Positions 53,392 through 64,000 of a stretch of DNA of 64,000 bases are shown one piece after another. This stretch comes from Balanoglossus misakiensis. Taxonomy: Eukaryota; Animalia; Hemichordata. The number at the start of each line of letters is the position of its first letter. Position 1 is the first letter of the stretch. Location of the stretch: NCBI GenBank assembly GCA_040954595.2, contig CM082577.2, positions 744,001 through 808,000 on the forward strand, given 5' to 3'. The translations under genes were made by a program, and so were the position numbers. Under the pieces are notes generated by a model. The model was not told where the DNA came from, searched no databases, and saw only the letters and a program-made list of their open reading frames with translations.

Positions 53392-55307
53392 GACAGTTCC
53401 GTTGCAAAGAGTCGTTCTGAAATTGAATTAGAGACAATCGTCCGTAGATTGAATATTTTGCGAGCGTCCTCAATCAGCAACTAAAGAGATATTTGATTAA
53501 TCGTCTGAAATCGGCCGCTCAACAAACTCTGGAATACGTTACGTAAGGGTATATCGTCAATATTAATGTTTTGTCATAATAGTTTGTTTTGTTTGGTACC
53601 AACCCCTTTTTCTGTTTTGTATAGTATGTTGAGTGAGATGGCATTTCAACTATGTATATAGTAGAGGACGCACCGTATAAATCACAGTGCAGTGCAAATA
53701 ATCAAAACTCGACCTGAAATTCTTAGCTACCACTATGTCACGATTAACGATGGGATTACCAGCAGAAGAAGTCATGGGAGGGGAAAGGGGGGGGGGGGGG
53801 TCCAGTACACCTGGGGCAGCATAGAAACATTTGGCAAATCAATATATGAACTGGAACATTGAAGAAACTGTCCACGGTCACTCCACGACAGTGAACAGAC
53901 AAAATACTGGCACGAAACAAAAATACGAACCTAGTTCACTGTGACTGTAAGTTTCCACATCAGCTCAGCCGCTAGAGTTTCAATCTATTCAGTGGTTTTA
54001 GGAAGCGATAGTCACAAACTTCTCACCGAAGAAATCGCGGACTAAAATCTTTGCGGTGTACACCGTAACCAAAGAATTGTGTGCAATGAACTTTGACCTT
54101 TACCAACCACGACTACCTGGTAATCACAACGTTTGCATACCTAAGTAGATGCTTCTTGCGGAGGATTTTGAGTGTCTAAGAAGCTTATCTTATCAGCAAC
54201 CACAGTTAGGTATTTACAACAGCGTGGACAGTTACCGTGAAGGATAAATCCAGTGTTGACTTTCTCAAGTTCTTTATACAATTTGTTTCTCCTACAGACT
54301 TGTGGTTGTCTTAAAACCTTACTGACACAACACTGGTATATTTCCAGGCCATATGTACAGTTCACTGTTACACTTCAGTGAAATAGAAGTATGTCAAGGT
54401 ACTCAGTAAAACCAATGAGTGATACGGGCCTCACCGTAGTCTAGTGTTACTGTTAGTGCCACACTAGTTCTGCACACGTCTTCTACTGTAATTCCGCAGC
54501 AATCACTCCCCTCGTCGATGAGTACGTTTAAAAACACATTTTATATTCTGGTTGATGTGATCGAGATATGACATACATCGTGATCGACCTTGACCGCAAT
54601 TAAGCGCATGTGTATCCAACGTAACTTACCTTCAGAACAGGTAGGTCAGCTCCATCAGTCGCGTATTTCCTCACATAATTGACATTCTTAATTGCCTATA
54701 TGTCAAACAGTTGTCCTTCCAAGCACCACCACATTATACAGACCGTAAAAGACGTGGTCGGGTAACTTGTCGGTAACGTAGAAAAACACTGCCACGTTCA
54801 AAACGTATGTTGACATCGCTTCACTGGTTATACCTATTATTTCCTTACAATACACAAAAGACTCAACCACTTGTTACAACTCAGTCTCAAGCTCAGGTCA
54901 TGCACTGCTATATGCAATAGAAAGAAATTGTGCTAACAGTCATTTTATCTATAATTTAGCTTGCTTTTATTTCTCTTAGTTAAATTTTATTTTAGAATAA
55001 TGTTCATATAAACCATAAATATAAATAGTATACAAATCTGCGTCAAAAACAAGATTGCAAAAGAAATATACATTTGGTGAAATACAAATACATATTTCGA
55101 AAGACATTGTGGATCACATGCACTTAACATCCTTTTTATAGCTGTCGACACGTGCCATAGAACCAGGCAAACTCTGTTGTACAGTGTAGTCTCAAACCTT
55201 CAAGTTTCAGCTGTTTATGCAAATGTGCGCCGACATTATCACACTATACTGAACATTATCTCCACGCTAATTTTGGCAAAGTATGAAGTCTTTCACTGAC
55301 TGTGTGT

Positions 55308-57282
55308 TCAAAAGCATTTTCTGTGAACGACGTAAGGTCCACATTCCTCATATTCCTGTCTGGTGATCCACATCTGTTGGAACGACGACAAAGATCCGAG
55401 AATGGACCCGCCAATCCATACCGAGGCTCTTCGCTCGGGCGGAGCGACCACTTTCACTTTGGCTAAACTTGGTGCCATGACGACCAGTTCCTTCTTCACC
55501 CTCTCCGCTACTCCGCGATGCATTGTATTTCCACCAGTCAACACACAGTTCGCGTACAGATCCCGCCGAGTGTCTGTATCGCACCTGGTGATACTCTCGA
55601 ACAACATCTCGTGGATACCACGTTCTTGTACACCTTATTATCAATAAGACGTACGACACAATTATCGTGACGTTTTACGCATATTTTCGTCAAATTGCAT
55701 AGATGTGACATACAAAATAATACAATTTCAATACTCCCTAAACCATGTCTTACCTAATAACGCTGGTTTGAACATTGCTTCTGGGGCCAGAAACCTTTCC
55801 TCGTCCACAATCATAACAGAGCCATCTGGAAGCTCATACTTCTCCCGTAAATTGGCCGAATTTTTGCTTTCATCCCCGACATCCAAAGCCACAAAGCACA
55901 TCTTTTCTTTAATTTCACGAACTACTTCCCTTTCGCCTGAAACGGAAATTTGAGGAAAATATAAGAAATTGCGTGTCACGTCACGAAGAAGTCCAAGTCA
56001 AGCACTTTCACTGTACATTCACAAAAGGACGGGTATAAACGCACTTTACAAAACAAAACAACGTATTTCATGGTGATGAAATACATGTATCATCAATTAT
56101 ATTCTCCTGTCTGTTGCCATATTTAATTTGGTGTATTTAATCTTCCAAACAGTTTATTCTAAATCTAATAACTGTCCACAACTTGTCCGACCTGTTGTTG
56201 TGAAGCTGTATCCCTTGGCAGCCAGCAATCTCGCGAGATAATCTGTAAGATCTCGCCCAGCGATGTCAAGTCGGATCATAGCATGAGGTAGTGAATAACC
56301 TTCATATATTGGCACCACGTGCGTTACACCATCTCCGCTGTCCAATACAACGCCGGTGGTACGACCTGACGAATACAGAGAAAGCACGGCTTGGATGGCC
56401 ACAAACAGGTATGGCGAACCGAAGGTCTCAAACATGACCTGAGATGCAAAATATAACAAAATAATTTGCGTCATGAGTGAATGGACCATCTGTTATTGTC
56501 GACAATCTTCAATCAAAAACCTCCATGCATATTAACAGTGTTATTAATTAGCACACGGCTTATTGAGAAATTGGGGGAGAAAAGGGTTGGGCGATATATG
56601 GAATAATTCCACTCTGGAAGCTGCACCTAACATTTCCCTGCCAACTTTTAACCGAGTAGGGAATATTAGCGCTTCCCACCTGCGCCATGCGTTCTCTGTT
56701 GGCTTTGGGATTGAGAGCAGCCTCCGTCAGAAGTATCCCATAATTTTGTGGTGACATGCGCAACTCGGCGTGAAACAGATGATGCCAGATCTTTTCCATG
56801 TCATCCCAGTTTGTCACAATTCCATGTTCGATGGGGTATCTTATCGTCAGCAGGTCTCTTTTACTTTGGGCTTCGTCGCCAACGTAGCTGTCTTTCATTT
56901 CCATTTGCAGTTTGACAGCCTGTACAAATAATACGATAATTTAATGGTTATTTAAAAAAAATGGCAATGCAGGCAAAGGGCATAATACATTGTATAATGA
57001 TCTAGGTAACAAATTTTAGTAAATCACGGAGAGATTCAAAGCGTAGCATTTCATTATTCCATTGTTTCAGTACATGATAATCGATCAATCGATAAAGATA
57101 TGCGGTTATTGTGCTGACATTGATTTTTTGTGTTGCGTCACCTGATTTCGCGGGGTTCCGACGATGGATGGAAACACGGCCCTGGGAGAGTCGTCACCAG
57201 CTAGTCCAGCTTTGATTCTTCCCGAACCGTTGTCCAGAACTATAGCCTCCCTCTCGTCGTCTGCGTCAGAAAAGCTGTGCAT
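55308..57282 (-). CDS. act: Actin 3 (strongly divergent actin), 378 aa
   Basis: Exons (-): 57282-57142, 56919-56680, 56438-56192, 55936-55754, 55633-55308 (1137 nt), with an open frame. [31 protein letters not shown]...VVHRKCF. Confidence 0.92.
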
Positions 57283-58709
57283 TTTCGAAGTCAACTATCC
57301 ATGGCATGGACTTTCGCTAAAACCTGGAAAAACTGTAATAATCGACTGAAAAGAACAATAGCTTGCGCTGTTGTGACCACTCTGTTAGAACCCATTGTTT
57401 TCCTTTGAAGTAATTTCATAAAACGATTATCAGAGTTTGTACGTATACACAAAGGTGATTTACATGTAATGGTTATGTACATATGCCTACGAAGGCCATT
57501 GTTTGCAGGGGTGTTACCTCACAAACACGGAAGATGGCTGCCAAAGGAAAGACAATATGCACACGCAGTTAACGTACATGGTCGACAGTGTTTCCTACTG
57601 CAATTGTTTCTCAACGCTAGCTGTTTACGGTCTAAGACTGATGGCATCGCCGTTTTTGTTTAATATTCATTGCCTCCGATCGTAAAAATGAAGGGCTTAA
57701 CTGACACATTTATGATGTGATTTAGCGCTTGTGTCATACACCATAGTGCAATATACTTACCCTGCTAGCTGTTGTGACGAGTCAATTCAACATTACTCGT
57801 CGCCACTTCCGTGAGCAAAATACCATGGAAACGTCATGTCATATCCATTAGTAGTGACGTTATTTTGACACTAGGGGTTACATGTATGAATGTCAACACG
57901 ATGAATGTTCGTGATCCCTGTCTGTATGACCCATGTTGACCTCATTTTGTATTCTGACGTATTGGGTTTAATAACAGCTGATCGACATAATGCTGAACGG
58001 TATGTTTGGCTGGCAGCTCGTCCAGGCGTCATTTTGAAGACCTGTCGACATTATCGTGTAGCCGACACTTAAAGACGACAGTGTGCATGCCTCCTCCTCC
58101 TTCATTATTATTAAAGACAACACTATTGATTATAATTTTACTTTTACTTTAATTCAAAGTATTTCTCATTCTGTATACATTATACGAAATCTTTGTTCTA
58201 AAATATACATTGCAAGATATATGAGGTTAATTTGAATCTCACTAAATTAGGATAACAAGTGAAAATACGAGACCATAAATTTCAAAGTTTGGTCTGGAAC
58301 CCTTAGCTGTTAGATCATAATTAAGGCTTTGCGGCACTCTAGAATCTCCCGAGGCTGTCAATTTAGGCCAAGATGTGTGGTTTCACACCTTTGATTCTCT
58401 TCGTGATAATACTTTTCTCCGAGTCAATACAGAACGGCCAGGTTGCACAATCTAGATTCCACGGTGATTGGGTATATAGGCCTCTAGTGCACCAGTACAC
58501 ATTTTCAACTTGCATGTAATATTCTGCAGTGATTTTGTTCGAGCGAACCGACCGCTTTTAGACATTCGCAAATCAAATCATCTTTCTCGATTGCTTCATA
58601 TATAATTGAACTACCGAGCGGGCATTGATGACGGGTCTGGAGTAACCAGCATAACCCTACAAAAATGCTAAAGCGGTGTCTGTACTGTCTTTTATTGAAA
58701 TTTCGATGT

Positions 58710-60685
<1,976 letters not shown>

Positions 60686-61039
60686 TTATCTGGCGTGACG
60701 TCGAAACTTTGACGAATGAAATGTAAAAATACAACCTGCAGAGGAAAAACAGAGTTACGCGAAATAATAATAGCGATTGCACAATATGGACTGTGAACCA
60801 CGTAGTTATTTTTTGTAATCGGTGTTTCATCTAAGCTTAATAGTACAAAGGGTAGCTCCCTCTTTTGACAATTTTTGGAGGGCGTTACAATTATGTGGAC
60901 ACGATCACAATAACTTTACACAAAAGACTGTCCCCAGATTGTTTAAATTCTGCAATTTTGATAGTTTAGTTTAAAAGCTAGTGGATCGTCGACTGTAGCA
61001 GAAGAAAAAAACAACAAACAGCATTAATTTTGAAAACTC

Positions 61040-62157
61040 ACCTTTTTGTTTCGTCTTCCGAACGCAGTGAGCTCTCTCGTCCTTTTGATCAAGATCTAGG
61101 CAACTGAATCCTTTTATAGTTTTGACCAAAACGTTTGACCTTCGACCCTCCTCCAAACACACGACGCCCTAAGTGTTGAGTCATCTCCAATCGTTGCACT
61201 TGGATAGCACACACGTGACATTTTATTTGCATATTACAGCAAGATCATGCTAATTTAGTCGAGATTGGTTTGGTTTGCGACTTTTCCCCGGGATGTAGTC
61301 ATACCTTATTAGGGAAAATTTACTCCAAACGGACACAACGTTGTTTACATTGGAAATTGTTTATCCCTAAAACATCTGATCGCAAGTATCGCAAAATGTC
61401 GGTCATCGTGGTCGAGTTTTGCACCCAAACAATTTTTTACCATTTATGGCATTAGTGTTGCGTATGATGACCTGATAATTCACAAATAAAATAATGTCAT
61501 AGTCCTACATACTCCCTCTGGCTCTGGCAGGTAAAACTCTGTTTTCGTCGCTTAAATTATTGTCTCTTCTTGCGTTTTGCTATAACTGTATTGAAATTTG
61601 AACCCAACGTTTTCCAACAGTAAGAAAGTCTTGGACGTATGCATGCTGTTTGATATTTGCAAAATAAAATATAGGCGTTGGCTGATTTGGAAAGACCCAT
61701 TCGTCGAGAGGCAATTTATTTTGCGATTAAGAAATATGCTGCCATTCTCACAAGAAGCGTGTATTATTTATTTCACCGTTGTCGTTCGTATTTAGAGACG
61801 AAAACATACTTTTCCTCGTCTTTGGTCTAAAATGATAATACAGTCCGTGCACTTGAGATATCTTTTAATGGCAATTTATTTTTATCAAGCATAGACTAAT
61901 CTTTTTGTTTTCATTACCAAATATGGTAATCAGGCTGGATCGAAGCTCGGCTGTTTACACGTTTCTTAAAGGTAGAGAATGCACCCGGGGGTGGTACTCC
62001 TATATACTGGAGGATTGTTGAGTGCGGTGTTCCAACAAACTAAAAGAGGCGACGACACGACTTTGCGTGAACACCTGCTTGGCGTTATTTCTTTCCTCGT
62101 TCGTGAGTATTCGACAATCTGCCGATACCAGTTAAGCAGTCACTTTACCAAATAAGG
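61040..62157 (-). promoter_or_regulatory. Actin-4 promoter: TATA box, 5' non-coding exon, CArG boxes
   Basis: GTGAGT donor at ~61040; TATAAAA on the - strand at ~61112-61118; CArG boxes CCTTATTAGG 61304-61313, CCATTTATGG 61440-61449 and CCAAATAAGG 62148-62157. Confidence 0.7.
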
Positions 62158-62918
62158 AAAACAAATAGCTGTGTTTATCGGGGAACATGAAAGGAGTCCG
62201 GGCCATTTGCATGTGATCTGTTGAGTCATTGATCAATATAAGGCACAAGGTCAAAGGTCGCCAGGTGTGAAATGGCAGTGACGCCAAGCGGCCCGAGAAC
62301 GTTCCCTCTTGTTTGTTGACGAGCGCCAACAAGTGGTCGATGAGTAAAACATTTAAGACACGCACACCCACGTGGAATTTCTGAAGATGTCCAGATCATG
62401 GCCGTGTTTAGGCCCAAATCGTTTCAATCACACAACGCGTCCCGTGTTTGTTGTCTTCTGAAACCATCTGAGCTTTCCCAGGGTCCCAGGGTAGGGCTAA
62501 ACTCACCTGTATGTTGATTATAAAATGATTGATTACGTAACGTTCCATGTCATACGTCAGCCCACTCATCCGAAATATTTATAGGAAACATTCCCGCAGT
62601 AAAGCTATTTTATAAAGATGGAATAAAAATTACCAACCTCGGGTGTATAAATAAGAAATACTATTTTATTACATAATATAAGAATATAAAATCTCAATCT
62701 TGTATCATGCTGTATTGCTTAAAATTCTGATAAAATTAATTTTATTCGATATTTTTTTATTTTGTTCAATTACTCGAACTATTTCCACACTACGCGAATC
62801 CTTGCCAGTATTCCAAGCTTTCTTTTTGTTCAACAAGAGTACCCCACGTGCACAGCGGGAGTCTTTTGATGAATTTGGCAAGGTTTTGGACAGGACATTG
62901 TTTGACCAAGTCTTCATC

Positions 62919-63662
<744 letters not shown>

Positions 63663-64000
63663 CTGAAATCGGAAAAGAAATTTCACCGTCCTCATTTATT
63701 GACACATATAAGGAACAAGGGTCAAGGGGCAAATCATTATGTCTCATAAATTCAGGTCGAATTAATTTAGACGTTTGTCCGGCCCGATGTGCTATTTTTA
63801 GTACAACTGTTTACCTGGTAAAAGGTCAACTGAGGTCAGATAACGGCCAAGGTTATATTACATCCCTCACTGGCCTGGCTTCTTTTGTGGGCTATTCCAT
63901 TTCCACGACTAATAATTAAACATTATCAGTCATTTCAACAGGAGAGATAATACACTATCACATCACAGGGACATCCACTGGTGTACCCGCGCTGAATTTC

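Noticed and set aside
51329-57282. Actins 2 and 3 as pseudogenes
   Set aside because: All exons are open, splice sites are canonical and indels are in frame.

Overview
Intron-rich, AT-rich animal genomic DNA. The actin intron positions (after codons ~41, 121, 204, 267) suggest an invertebrate deuterostome; this is inference. From left to right: (1) an 88-bp satellite array (1-7297, ~83 copies, with higher-order variant blocks); (2) an 11-exon SEPT3/9/12-group septin (- strand) whose hand-spliced N-terminus forms a degenerate calmodulin-like EF-hand pair; (3) head-to-head with it, a 6-exon gene not visible in the ORF track, encoding a small secreted His1/histidine-brace, LPMO/X325(Bim1)-like protein; (4) tepsin (AP-4 accessory protein); (5) ATP synthase subunit f, whose first intron holds an intact Tc1-like transposon with 28-bp perfect TIRs, a TA duplication and an unusual DD42E spacing; (6) a FAM104/VCF1-like gene; (7) a cluster of at least five actin genes, from canonical to strongly divergent, the last cut by the window edge. 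All gene models were spliced by eye using GT-AG sites and phase consistency, and none was checked against a database or RNA data.
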